Made by a program: the position numbers and the translations under genes. From the NCBI GenBank assembly GCA_951406725.2, contig OX597820.1, positions 104,160,001 through 104,224,000 of the forward strand: a stretch of DNA of 64,000 nucleotides, in the 5' to 3' direction. Shown piece by piece: positions 26,301 to 41,300 of the stretch (within the stretch, counting starts at the first letter, position 1; each line of letters begins with the position of its first letter). The notes beneath the pieces were generated by a model. The model was given only the letters and a program-made list of their open reading frames with translations. It was not told the DNA's origin and made no database searches. The stretch is from Octopus vulgaris (taxonomy: Eukaryota).

Positions 26301-29300
26301 CTACCCACAAGGGTTTAAACATAGAGAGGACAGACAAACGGATTAAGTTGTTTATATCGACACCAGTGCGTAACTGGTACTTATTTAATCGACCCCAAAA
26401 GGATGAAAGGCAAAGTCAATCTCAGCGGAATTTGAACTCAGAACGTAAAGACAGGCGAAATACTGCTAAGCATTTTGCCCGGCATGCTAACAATTCTGCC
26501 AGCTCGAACCACCAGGGCATATAGTCATAGATGTATTATAGTCATGCTATTTAGCTCCCTTTAGTTTTGGGATGCAGGCCCAATTAGCTCTCCACAGAAG
26601 CTACCTTAAAATTTCTGCATGAAGTGTTGCTTTTAAGCTAGTAACTGCATAAAGAAAATACTTTGATATGTCAGTGTTGTTCTTAATTGTCTGTTTTTAT
26701 TTTTTTAAAGCGTAAAGAAAGAGAGATGCAACAAAAATTGGATCAAAAAGAAGAAACAGCTCTGGAATTACAGGAGACCTATGCATCCCTGCAACAAGAG
26801 GTTGAAGTAAAAACAAAGAAATTAAAAAAAGTAATTATTTGATGTCCACTTTCATATGCTTGCATGGGTCTAACAAAATTAGTTGAGGCATATTTTCTAC
26901 TGCCAGATGTCCCTCTTATTGTCAACCTTTACCTGTTTCCAAGTAATATAAAAGACACAAGATTGTTGCTTGTGTGACACTTGTTTTATAACAATTATAT
27001 CAACACAAATGCACACCCATTTTATATCTAGATATGTGTGTGTGTGTGTGTGTGACAGACATTTTTCGGTTTCCATCTACCAAATTCACACAAGGTTTTG
27101 ATTGATCCAGGATTATAGAAAAAGACACTTGCCCAAGATGTCATGCAGTGAGACTGAAACTGAAACCATGTAATTGGAAATTAAACTTCTTAACCACATA
27201 ACCATGCCTCTACCATCTACATATATTGCAATGAATGAAGATTCATTCATCTTTCGGGTTTCATTCTTTTATATATACACACACACACACATATATGTAT
27301 GTATATATAATATCTATTACAATGACCTTAGACAGGATGAGGAATGAGGAGGTGCGAAGGCAAGCAGGAATGAGAAAAACTAGCAACTAAAATGGATAGA
27401 CGAATGTTGAGGTGGTTTGGCCACATGGAGAGGATGAATGAGGAGTGGATGTAAGGAGGGTGATGAAGGTGGAACTGGTAGGTAGCAGAACCAGAGGCAG
27501 ACCTCAGTTTGTGTGGATGGATGAAGTGAGGAAAGCTTTGGTGGTTAGAAGTGTTGGAGTGAGAGAGGCAAGAGAGTTTATAAATGAAAGCTTGGCGGGT
27601 GTCTGTGGACAGATGAGTAAATTTATGGTGCTCAGAGGGGTACAGAATCAGCATGATGCGGCAGGGGTAAACCAGCAAATGCTGTCTGGCTCTGCTGCTG
27701 ATATTGGGGGTTGCATTTTATGCCTTGACCCAAGTATAGCACAGGGCTCGCCTCTTTGAGCGGGAAAATGAATGGAATGCCTGGTGTGTGTCTTGTTGTG
27801 GCTACCCGCTCCCTAAAAAAATGGGGAGTAGGCTTGGATATATGTATGTATGTATTACAATGAAACCTGAAATTTCCCATTACAGTTCATTTCATTGATC
27901 CAGTTACTTAATTATTCATTCAATTTCAATTAAGTCTGTCCTCCCATTTATAATTGTTCATCAATCTCATTCACTTTATTCAACTCAGTTTCTCCACCTC
28001 TATGTTTATGTCTCAACTTGTCTGTTTACCTCAAACTACACTTCTACCTCACTCATAATTTTCCTATCTTTTAATTAACAATTGTATATCTTTCCCTCTC
28101 AACATTTTCAGCTGTTTTCCAAGTTACAATCCACAAAGCAGGAAATCCAAGACCTACAGGAAGAACACGTTAAGGAGAGACAGGAACTGGAGCAGACACA
28201 GATGCAGCTGACGCGGGAACTAAAACTCAAGTATGAACACTTGATATTTCTCTTTTTCACTCTTCCCATTCTGGGCCATTTTTCTTGTTGTCTTCTTCCC
28301 TTCTCTCTACAACATCAGTGTACTGACAATGATGTTAGTGTCCAGCCATTCACGGATTGTTGGCATTTAATGAAATTTAAAATATGGGTGCATAACCATG
28401 TGAAGGTTAAGATGTTTGTTTCTCAACTACAAAGTCCTTTAAATTCAATCTTATGTATAGTACCCTGGCATATATCTTCTGCCAAATTTTTGGTTTGAAC
28501 CAATAATCCAACATTGTCATTATTGTTTTAACATCCACTTTTCCATGCTTGCATGGGTTAGAGACTTGTCAGGTCAGGGATCTCATCACAAGCTGATGAA
28601 ACCTGCAACTAGTACCATGCAGAGTGGTACTACCTGTTCCAGGATTGAGCGGTCTGCAACTAAACCAGCTACCCTACTTCAGTAGCTTGCTGTTCTTGTG
28701 AGGAAGGTGTCTGGACACCCCGCAGAACTAAAAGCAAAACCTGTCAAAGGGCAGATGCGCGCCTTGTGGACCAGTGGCCATCCAGTTGTGGAATGCAATG
28801 GCAAACCACCCTAATATCTCTACCAAGGGAACACTATGGAGAAAGTTAGAATAAAGTAATGCTATAACTTCGTTGGGTAGGAGAGGTTGCACTTAATAAG
28901 GAAGGATTTTGTAGTGTCATTAATGCACTACAAAAGTGTATAACATATGACGTTGATGGGTCTGGGGGAATTTATTGAGGTGGATTTTCTACAACTGGAT
29001 GCCCTTCCCTGGTCACCTCCCCTCCATCTGTTTCAAAGTAAGGTAATATTTGTACATGGCTAGATATGTTTTTCATAATAGACTGGAAACAAGCAATATT
29101 GCTTGTAAGATTGTAATGCTTGTTTACAACTCTCACAATGTCTAGATTAAGGTAGACACACACACACTCTTCATCATTTCATCATCATTTAACATCCACT
29201 TTTCTATGTTTGCAAGGGTCACATGGAATTTATTAAAGCAATTTTTATACACTGGGCTTCTCTCAGTTTCCATCTACCAAATCAACTCACAAGGTTTTGG

Positions 29301-32300
29301 TCAGCCTATGGCTATAGAAGGTATTTTCCCATGGTTTTGTGCAGTGGGACTGAACCTGAGTCTACATGGTTGGGAAGCAAGTGTCTTAACCACAGCTACA
29401 CCTGCATCTTCCATGTAAGTGAAATTGAGTACAATGAAAGTTTATGGGAAGGATATTCACTAGATAGATGATACCTATCAATCAAAGGTGCTGTCTTTGA
29501 TATATAGTGTCACACTACTGAGTTTATGTGAAGATGACTTGTAGGATACATTAAGATACTATGAAACATAAAAAAGTAGCAGGATGCTGTGTTGGAGAAA
29601 ACCTGTCCAACCCATGCAAACATGGAAAAACAGACATAAGAATGATGATGATGATGATGCAAGTGTCTGTACTATATTCAGCCACTTACCTAATAAGACA
29701 ATGTGTAGGTAGTTATTTCGTTGGTTGATCAACTGGGACAGTCATATATCAAACCTGAATCAAGATCCATTAAAACCTAAATAAAGCTCAACCTACCACA
29801 GTTTCTGGAAGGGTATATTTCTATGGCTAAACTTTCTGTACTAATGTTTTCACTTTCAGGTTACTAATCATAGAAAATTTCATTCCGCATGAGGAGAAGA
29901 ATAAAGTCATGAACCGTGCCTATTTTGATGAAGATGAGGACACTTGGAAACTGCAACCTCTTACTAAATCCAAGTAAGTAATAAATGTTTTAGATTTTAA
30001 ATTTTGTTGCCTATCTTATATGGTGTTTTCAAGAAGTGCTTCCTCTTCCAGACAATGTACGAAGTGCCTACTCTAACTAAAGCTAAAAATATTAAAGTTC
30101 AATACCAAAAGTAAATAATATTCAGTTCATTCTAAAAAGACATGAAATTTGATGCTTGATAGTTTTGCATTCAGATTACAATATAATAATAATAATAATG
30201 AAATTATTGTATACAGTGCTCAGGTGCAACACAACTTGTCAGAAAGTGCATATAAAGTATATGCAGTAATGTACAAATGTCTGGAAAGCGAACAATGTAT
30301 GAGTCAGATACATGCTTGTGTGTGTATGGAGGGGAGAAAATCAGGTGTAGTGTTGGCGAATCTCAGGAAACATGGAAGTTTTGAAGGATGCAGTGCTCCG
30401 ACAACTAACAACTGATGCCGGCAGTCTGTTTCATGCTTCAGCAACTCTTAGCATAAAAAAATGTTTCCGAAAGTCATGGGAGCCGTGCTGTTTTCTGACT
30501 TTGTAAACATGTCCACGGGTGTTAAACAGGTGGAGTTTGAAAAGGTGCTCAGAGTTATTGTTAGTAAGATGGTTAATAATTTTATGGGTGTCTGCCAAGT
30601 CAGCTGCCAGACGTCGGAGTTTCAATGTGTCCATGCCCAGGGAAGTAAGGCGTTCAGAATATGGCAGATGCCTGATGGAGAGTATTCTCTTGGTTGCACG
30701 TCGCTGAATGGTTTCCAGGCGATTAATATCCTGGGCAAGATAGGGGTTCTAATGTAATGCTTATTTATTCACATTGTTTTGAATTAAACCTGCATTATCT
30801 TGTGGCTTTGAGATTTCAATGTGAATGGTTATTTTTATAATCACATTGTAGGGTAGGTGTGAGAGGTCAGATCTGGTTGGTTTCAATACTAAAGAGTTAA
30901 TTCAGTCAATGGCTAATATTTTGAGGTTAAACTGGTACATTTTCCCATTGTCTTTCAACCTCAGTACATATATATTGATGTGGCTATATGGTAAAAAGTT
31001 TGCTTCCCAACCACATGATTACAGGTTCAGTGCCACTATATGGCACCTTGGGCAAGTGTCTATTATAATAGCCTTAGGCCAACGAAAGCCTTGCAAGTGA
31101 ATGTGGTAAATGGAAACTGAAAGATGCCCCGTGCCGGTGGCACGTAAAAAGCACCATTCGACCGTGGCCATTTGCCAGCCCCGTCTGGCACCTGTGCCGG
31201 TGGCACGCAAAAAGCACCCACTACACTCATGGAGTGGTTGGCGTTAGGAAGGGAATCCAGCCATAGAAACATTGCCAGATCAGACTGGGCCTGGTGCAGC
31301 CTTCTGGCTTCCCAGACCCCAGTTGAACCGTCCAACCCATGCTAGCATGGAAAGCGGACGTTAAACAATGATGATGATGATGATGCGTATATGTTACTGT
31401 TTCGTTGCTTTGACATTGTGATAGATGTAAGCAAGTGGTGTCCTTTGTTTCCAATCTTCCAATATTACCTTACTTGGAAACAAATAGGAGTTGGCAACTG
31501 GAAGGGCATATGGCCATAGAAAATCAGCTCAACTAACATAGTCTGACCTATGCAAGCATGGAAAAGTGGATGTTAAATGACGTTGATATATAAATGCGTA
31601 TAAATTTTACAACCACAAGCCATTAGTGAGTGAAGATCCAAAATGCATCAAATATTCTATTGTAAAGGTAGAATGATTTCTGCTATTCATTCAGTGTTAT
31701 AGAGTTCATTACTGAATGATGGTGCATGGCTCAGTGGTTAGAGTATCTGGTTCACAATCAGGAGGCAGTGAGTTTGATTCTCAGACTGGGCTGTGTGTTG
31801 TGTTCTTGAGCAAAACATTTTATTTCACATTGCTCCAGTTCACTCAGCTGTAGAAATGAGTGACGACATCACTGGTGCCAAGCTGTATCATGGCCTTTGC
31901 CTTTCCCATGGGTAACATTGGTGGCTTGGAGAGGGGAGGCTGGTATGCATGGGCAACTGCTAGTGTTCCATAAACAACCTTTCCCAGATTTGTACCTCGG
32001 AGGGTAACTTTCTAGGTGCAGTCCCATGGTCATTCATGATTGAAGGAAGTCTTTACCTTTTTTTTCCCTGAATGACGAGTGTCTGTGCCGGTGTTACAGA
32101 ATTGTTAGCTTGCTGGAAAAAATGCTTTGCTGTATTTTATCTGTCTTTACATTCTGCATTCGAATTCTGCCAAAGTCAGCTTTGCCTTTCATCCTTTTGG
32201 GGTCAATGAAATAAGTCCCAGTTGAGCACTGGTGTCAGTGTAATTGACGAACCCCTTCCCCTAAATTCCAGCTCTTGTGTCTATAGTAGAAAGGATTATA

Positions 32301-35300
32301 AGTATAGCATGATAATTTCATAAAATATCCATACATGGCCAATGCCAGCACCGCCTTTACTGGCTTCCGTGCCGGTGACACGTAAAAAGCACCAACCGTT
32401 TGTGGCCGTTGCCAGCCTACTCTGGCAACTGTGCCAGTGGCACGTAAAAAGCACCCATTACACTCACGGAGTGGTTGGCATTAGGAAGGGCATCCAGCTG
32501 TAGAAACACTGCCAGATTTGACTGAAGCCTGGTGCAGCCTCCTGGCTTCTCAGACCCCGGTCGAACCGTCCAACCCATACCAGCATGGAAAACGGGCGTT
32601 AAACGATGATGATGATGATAATCCTCTCTAAGTAACATAGAGCTACTACAAAGTTCCTAACAGAAATATATCTAATGACTGCAATAAACAGTTAGCACTG
32701 ATATTTTATATATTTACAGAAAAGAATGACTTACTGCATGTATGACTGCTGTCTAGCTAGAAGTATGATCTCATGTGTAGAGGTGGCTGTGTGGTTAAAC
32801 TGTTCACTTCACAACCACATACTTCTAGTTTCAACCCCACCATATGGTACATTTGAGCAAGTATTTTCTATATTCTTTTCTACTCTAGGCACAAGGCCCA
32901 AAATTATGGGGAGGGGGCCAGTTGATTAGATCGACCCCAGTAAGCAACTGGCACTTAATTTATTGATCCCAAAAGGATGAAAGGCAAAGTTGACTTTGGC
33001 AGAATTTGAACTCAGAATGTAAAGACAGATGAAACTCTGCTAAGCATTTCGCTCGGCATACCAATGTTTCTGCCAGCTCGCCGCCTTAAGTATTTTCTAT
33101 ATTCTTTGGTCAACCAATGCAAGCCATCTAGGATAACAGTAATTCTGAATAAAAGTACTGATGCAGGTTAAAGATGATTTTTTAAAGCTCTTCTACACAC
33201 AAGTATGGGGGACTACTCCCAACACATTTCAGTCTTATAACCTATTTCTTTACTACCCACAAGGGGCTAAACACAGAGGGGACAAACAAGGACAGACAAA
33301 CGGATTAAGTCGATTGCATCGACCCCAGTGCGTAACTGGTACTTAATTTATCGACCCCGAAAGGATGAAAGGCAAAGTCGACCTCGGCGGAATTTGAACT
33401 CAGAATGTAACGGCAGACGAAATACGGCTACGCATTTCGCCCAGCGTGCTAACGATTCTGCCAGTTCGCCGCCTATTTCAGTCTTATAACCACTTCATTA
33501 TTTCTAGTTTTCATTTTAATGTCCCCTGCATTATGTATGTTAAAACTAACTTGAGTGTTGTTTCTCATGTGGATGATATGCCTGAGTAAGTCATTCTTTT
33601 ATAAGGGCTGATTAGTATCTTTGTTACAATTGAAAGGGAAAACAAGGAGAAAGAAAGAACCAGCAAAATATTCTTTCCCCTAAGGAGGGCCGTGAGCTGG
33701 CAGAATCATGAGCATGTTGGGCAAAATGCTTAGCAACATTTTATCCATCTTGATATTCTGAGTTCAAATTCCACTGAGTTTGATCTTGCCTTTCATTTCC
33801 TTTGGGATCAATAAAATAAGTACCAGTTGAACACTGGGGGTCAATTTAATTGACTTACCCACCTCCTCTGAAATTACTGGCCTTGTGCCAGAATTTGAAA
33901 CCAATATTTTTTTCCCTAAGGAGTGACAATTATCATGAGAAGAGAAAAGGCAGAGATATTAGATGGGCTTTGTGTTGCAAATATATTCAAAATGAAATGA
34001 ATTAAAATCTACACCAAAATTTTATGTTGATATACATTCCAAACACCAGCTCAAGAATGACAAAGTAATTTTACTAAATTCTTCGTTATTTTCAAAATTA
34101 ATCAAAGCAAAGCCTGTGTATTTCTACAGAAATATAACAAAAGTGTTAGGGTGACTGTGTTATAGAGTTGGCTTGTTCAAAAGAGCAGAGGGAATGTAGT
34201 AGTCAAACAAATTTTCTGTGACCTAGGATGCATGTATGTGGAGCTTGTGCAGCCTGCCAGCTGTGTAAGCAGTATCCTATAGAATGGGAATGTGGGTATT
34301 TATGCTTGTTGTGAAAAACTGAGGTGGAATTTCTTATCTTTGTAATACAATCCTATGGAATTTTTTTTTTTAAGAATCCATGTTTAACAGAATTAAATGC
34401 ACCACTCCAATACAAAGTGCAGTCATTTGGTACTCAAGATCTTTGAGTGGGTCATCTTGTAGCATATCGGCTTGACCATTTTTGTCTTTGTAGTTTGGCT
34501 GGAGAGTAAATTATGGATATCCTTGATAGCTTGTTGTTATTTTAGCCTTTAGATTATTCTGTCAAATACAATGCTTATTTATTCGCATTGCTTTGAATTA
34601 ATCATGACTTATCTTGTAGCTTCAAGCTTCTGATGATATGGTAGTTTATTTTTAGAATGACATTATAGAGTAGGTGCGAGGGCCAAATTTGGTCAGTCTG
34701 AACATAAAGCAGGTAGAATATTTTGGCCGATAATAGCTAGTTTAAATGCTAAAGGGTTCATCCCAGGCTAACCGTGACCAACCAGATCTATGATCAAAGA
34801 CAGGACCATTCTATTTTATTTTCAGATATTATATCAGGGACTACACTACCTTATTTGTCCTTTTTTTTTTTTTATTCTTTAAATAGTAGGATGTGATAAG
34901 GGAGATTTGGCTGCTGTTTCTTGCAGGTCGAGTGACCATTTGGGTGCTTCCTTGCTTTGCAAGATATTATTTTTAAAGACGCAAATAGTGTAGGATTTAA
35001 AACTATCTGCACAGGTGAAGTCTAATTAATTATGACAGTCAAAGTTGTAATTTCACCTTGATGTAATAGTTAGCACAGCTACAGGGTTTCCAGCAGAGGT
35101 AATGCTTGAATCCTGCAGGCAATGTAAAAAATTTTCTCCATCTTCTTCTCTATTAAGATTCATAAATACATCACACACACACACACATAGGTGCCTTCTA
35201 CGCATCGCCAGCACAGGTGCTTTCTACATGTCACTAGCACAGATGCCTTTCACCTGCCACTGGTACTGGCCTCGACCATGATTACTACACCTTGTGAAAT

Positions 35301-38300
35301 ATCTCCAGAAAACAACATGGCATGGCTTGGCTTTATTGTAAAATATGGATTTTCATGATAATGCATTTGCTGTTTAATCCCAGGACATCTCTGATCAAGT
35401 AGACTAATGATCAGCAACATCCCATTTTTCTTTATTTTTATTTAGCACACAGACAATGGCTAAACGGCCAATATCAGCTGTTGGCAACCGGCGACCAGTA
35501 GCAGAATATGCCCGTCTTGGTTCTATAACTGGAAACCCTCGATTTAAGGTCTGTCTGTTTTGCTTTTTTTCTTCATTATAATGATTACACTTGTGTTGGT
35601 TTGTTTTATTTTAATTGTATTAAATTTGTACATTTTTAAAAAATATTTTACTTGTTCTGTCTTGTGTCTAGTTCCAAGATGAAAACATTTTTTCTGTCTG
35701 TCTGTCCTCTCCCTCCATCCATCCCTCTCTCTCCCTCCATCCTTCTCTCTCCCTCCATCCCTCTCTCTCCTTTCACCCCTTCTTCCCTTTCCCTCCATCC
35801 CTCCCCTCTCTCTCCCTTTCTTGAAATTAATAAAAACTGAACATTTTTGTAACTTGAAATCCAGTGAAAAAACTAAACACAAAATTTTAATGAAATTTGA
35901 ATTCCAGCTATGAAATTATTTTTCAGTTATGTGCAGACACACACACACACACACATGTGCATCTGTTCAGGCACATACACACACACACATTTTCTTTGAA
36001 ATTTCAAACTGAAGCAAAAAGACATGAATTGAAATTCTCTCTTGCTCTCTCTTGCTCTCTCTCTCCCTATCTCCCTCTCTCTCTCTCTCTATCTCCCCCT
36101 TGTGTGTGTGTGTGTGTGTTTGTGTTTATAGCCCTCTTTGCAAGCAGAATTTTTTTGAAAATGTTGAAATATTTTATTCCTGCATGAGCCATTCGACCTA
36201 CTAGAAACAGCAGTCAAATGTCCATCAAATAACATTACCATCTTAAAAAAAAGGAGGACACATACCTAAAAAGCAAAAGGACAAGATATACAAAGTTAGA
36301 ATACCTTTGATCATGGGTCTACTATATCAGGACTAGCCTGGAACTGAGCAATAGTAACAATATTCCTGGCAAATTTATGAGCATTAGTTTTAACTCTCCT
36401 AGTATGTTAACCTTTACCCACTTGTTGTAGATTTCAATAGAATTTATTGCCATTACTGTTGTTGTTTGTAATACCTTCATGTGTTGGCTTTCTCATATTT
36501 ACCATTGGTATCAGATATAACTTTGCCCTATTGTAGTTAACATTAAGTAGAATTTGAGCCCAAGTATAATTACCATAACTTATATCATTATCATCATTTA
36601 ATGTCTGTTTTTCCATGCTGGCATGGGTTAGACAATTTGGCTGGAGCAGGTAAGCTGGAGAACTGCACCAGGCTCCACTCTGCTTTAGCTTGGTTTTTTA
36701 CAGCTGAATGCCCATCCTAACATCAACCACTGCAAAGTGTACTAAATGTCTTACACATGTCAATGGCCTTTTACCTGTCACCAGCATTGGTGCCTTTTAT
36801 GTGTCACTGGCACAGGTGTCCTTTGTATGTTACTGGCACATGCACCTTTAGTACATCATTGGCATGGATGCCTTTAGCATGTCACTGACGCAGATGCCTC
36901 TTTTGTGGCACAGGTGCCTCTTACATGTCACAATTATGGGTGCTTTTATACACAGGTGTGCCTTTATACATGCCATTGGCACAGGGCACCTTTTATGTCT
37001 TACCAGCATGGGTGCCTTTCACTTGTCACTGGCACTGGACACGACCATGATTGCTACAAGATAAAATATTCATTTTTGTGTACTTGCCATTCAAATGAGT
37101 TATGTTTCTTTGCATAGTTACCATCAGGTACAATTTTACCCAAATATACTTACCATTGATAAAGTTGTAAAAGTGTGGGAGGAGAATGGAGTGGATATAA
37201 ACAAGGGAAGTCAGATGTATGTTATCGCAGATGAAGGTGGTGAATGGTGAACAGGGGTAGGAATGATCAATATGTGTATGGTATGATAAGAATGGGCGAT
37301 GTGTGCGTATTGAGAGCAGTACAGAAAAGAGGGTGTGGTAATTAGCTATACAGAGAAGATGATATGATTTGGTAAAAAAAAAAAAACTATTGTGGATATA
37401 GTTTGACCGATTATATCTTTACCTCTTGGATCTGTTTTAACAAATGACCTGATGCTAAATTGTGTGGATATACCATTTCTTGAGTATTCTAACTTGAATA
37501 TTGCTTCACTGAGACAAGCTTAAAAAAATATTCAGTGTAATTTGGATGCAGTAATCTCTATATATATAAATGGCAAAATGTCTGTCTGTGTGTGTGTGTG
37601 CATGTCCTTTATACAAATCCACGATTTTTCAGTTAGAGGGCTCGCACTTTCTATGGTCATTCAAAACCGTCCAGGGGTGGTCATGCACATCTTTACATTT
37701 CCCCAGTCACCCCGCAAAGCCATTAAAATATCAATAGAAGTGACTTTTTTGTGAATTTTTTATCCAAAACCCAATCAAACTGCCCAAAACTTGATACGCC
37801 AATTGAATGCCAGCTAGCTGTATGTGATTGGTCGGAGATTTGGACAGTACTCGCATGTATGTGCGCACGCACACAGCTGTATATGCATGCACTAGCACTA
37901 TGACCTGGCGTTGCCAGATCATAATGCTAGTTTTTAATAAATATATTACTTTTCCAATATGTTTTATTTTTAAGTTTGTTTTCCTAAAATTATATATATT
38001 TTTTAATCAATAATCTAAAATGTCTATTACAAGATTATAATTTCTATTTTAACAGGGTGAAAACATTCTACAATTACAACTTGATATGCCAACAAGAACC
38101 ACATCTGAATATGAAGGCCCTGTGGTTGCGCCTAGAGTGCAGGCGGCATTAGATGCTGCACTAAAGATGGAACAAGACATAGACATAATTGAGAGGTCAG
38201 TAAATTTCAATGAATTCAATGCAGTATCTTATATTTTTTCCCCACCAGGGTCAAATAATGTTGTTGCCTTAGCAAGTATTTTCCAAACTTCAATTTTGTT

Positions 38301-41300
38301 TTTCTGTTTTGTTGAATTTCATTGAATTTATTTTACACCAATCAGATATTGGAATTTATATTTTCATTTTATTTTTTTTTCTCCTCAATAGTCCTGCATT
38401 AAACAAGATGAAAGCTAAGAAAAAAGAGAAAATATCAAAAGACAGGTACGTAGTTTAACCATTCTATGGAAATCATTTCACTAGGTTTTCATTACAACGG
38501 CTTCCTTAGATTTATCTTGCTAAAACAAACACACACACAGTAGCCTGGGTTAGTCTCCTACCTGGCCAACTCCTGTCAAACCGTCCAACCCATGCCAGCA
38601 TAGAAGGCAGATATTAAACGATAATGATAATGATGATGATGATGGAGGAACAACAGTCAGTTAGACAGAATTCATTGAGACAGATTTTCTACAGGTAGAT
38701 GTCCTTGTTGCCAACACTCACCTCTTATCTCATGGCCAGACATATTTTCGCAGAAGATTAGAAACAAATGTTACTGCTTGTATTACAGAGCTGTGCATTT
38801 ACACTTAACATGTGGTATCAAAATAAGCAGACACTATATGTATGTGTGTGTACACTCACACATGCATACAGTGTGCTTCTTTCAGTCTCCATCAACCAAA
38901 TCCACTTAGAAGATTTTGGTCAGCCTGGAACTATATTAGAAGACACTTGCTCAAGTTGCCATGCAAACTGAACTCAAAACAACATGCAGGAAAGTAATTT
39001 CTTCACCACATAGCTATACCTGTACCTTGTACATACACTCAATAGTGATGGCACTTGTCCCAGCTCTTTACATTCTGAGTTCAAATCCTACCAAGGTTAA
39101 CTTTGTCTTTCATCATTCCAGAGTTGATAAAATAAAATACCATTGAAGGGTGGTGGATGTAAAGAAATGTCAGAACATCAGACAGCTGTTTTGCAGTATT
39201 TGTTCTGGTTCTTTATGTTGTTATTCCTCTGTGACAACACTGTACCAAACTGTTTTGATGTTTACCTTTGCTTATGGCAACATTGGCAGCATAGAGAGAG
39301 GAGGCTTGCTACACTGGCAACTGCTAACTCTTCCACTGAAAAACAAAAACAAAGCCTTTGTTCAGGCCTGTGCCTTGGACAGAAACTTTCCACTTTCCTA
39401 GCACAGATACATGATCAAAGACGGCAAGCTGGCAGAAACGTTATCACGCCGGGTGAAATGCGTAGCCGTATTTCGTCTGCTGCTACGTCCTGAGTTCAAA
39501 TTCCGCCGAGGTCAACTTTGCTTTTCATCCTTTCGGGGTCGATAACTTAAGTACCAGTTATGCACTACGGTTGATGTAATCAACTTAATCCATTTGTCTG
39601 TCCTTGTTTGTCCTCTCTGTGTTTAGCGTCTTGTGGGTAGTAAAGAAATAGATACATGATCAACCCTGTTTGACAATGGCCTTAAATATGCTGTAGAAAG
39701 CTTCAGATGTAATTAATGTAATTACAAAATTATAGTCATAACATACCCAGTGTATTATTAGCTTGTAGATCTTAAATACAAATCTATCACAGACATTGTT
39801 GTTTGGGAGAAAATTTTTATATACTTCTGTTCACCCTGTTGACAGAAGTAGATATCAAATATTCTAGAAATGTTAGTTATGATTGACCAAGGTCCTAACC
39901 AGAAAGTAATTTATATTTCATATGCTAAACACCATGCAAGTAGAGCTAAGCGTCTCCTCTTATGGGATATATGGTTACTCTTGAGGGTATGTTTTACTCC
40001 CAAAATAACTATCCCGGTTGCTATAAGTGTCAACATATTTTTACAGACAGCAAATTCGAAAAGTTCTCTGTAAAGTTAAAGATCACTCAGATATGTGAAG
40101 GACACAGTTCATCACTGCTATCAACTTCATGTATAGCTGTTTTATCTTCATCTTTCATTCATGCATGAGCAGCTGAATCTACAATCAACGGAACATTGCT
40201 TCAACATCTCCAACCTGGAATCAGTGTCTCTCCCATCCAAACACAAAACACACAACTTTTACATAGTGATCCAAACACACTTTGTATGCGGTCTTCTAAA
40301 TATTATTACTGAAAGTAGACAGGATAGTCATGGCTGGAATGCTTTTGATCATAGTTCTGATGTTGTAACAAGCACTACGTCAATCACCTCAATTGAATTC
40401 ACACAGTGATCTATGTTGTCAATAACTACTCTTAAATCTAGAAGAACTGATATTGGAGTGCATTAACCAAGTTGACTTGGATTAGCTCTGCTATGACAAT
40501 CACTAAAGCCTTCAAGCTTATACAGATAGAAAAGATACAATATTCTTTGATAGTACCACTGCACTCTTCTAAATCAACCACCACATGATGGGGTTATATG
40601 TGTGATGTGGTATGGAGTGCAAGACTAGATTTTTATTCTGTAACAGTAATAATAAGTACTCTGATTAGAACAAATTTAGTCATTAATTTAATTAAGTATA
40701 AGACTAATCCTTATGAGTGTAATGATTCTAAGATTGGTGATAAGAGAGGATAAAGTATAAGGGGCATATTTATAGTTGTGAGAGGATGATAGTGGAGAGA
40801 GAGTAGCAGAATAGACTACTGAGGGAAGGACCAAGGAAAGGAAAGAGATTAGTGTAAGGGGTTAACTGCAGCCTATGACATGAAAATTCTTGAGAGTACA
40901 CTTTAGTACATCTAATGAACAAATGTCTGAAATGTGTGTGTGTGCTATATAAAGATACTGAGATAATGTTGTGTAAACAAAGCAGTAAAATGTGTGTACA
41001 AACTAGACAATGAGCCATGTGCCATGTGGATACAGGAAGCAATAAGATATGTCTCATGAATAAACAAAGAAATGCCCATAAATTTACATTCAACCTTCTA
41101 AATCAATGAAGGGTCTGTCAACTAATGAGTTAGCAGAGAAATAAAAAAAAAAAAAGTAAATAAATAAATTGATTACATGACAGATATAGTACTGTTTGTG
41201 TGATCATATAAATACATACACATATGCACATACACACATGCAGTTTTCATAATTAAACTTCTTAATACTCATTACCATCATCAACTCCTTACAATACAGG

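Noticed and set aside
28594-28630. CTGATGA motifs here and at about 22254, 49873, 51412 and 61037 as hammerhead or C/D-box cores
   Set aside because: No downstream stem II + GAAA + stem III/UH arrangement and no terminal stem could be built.
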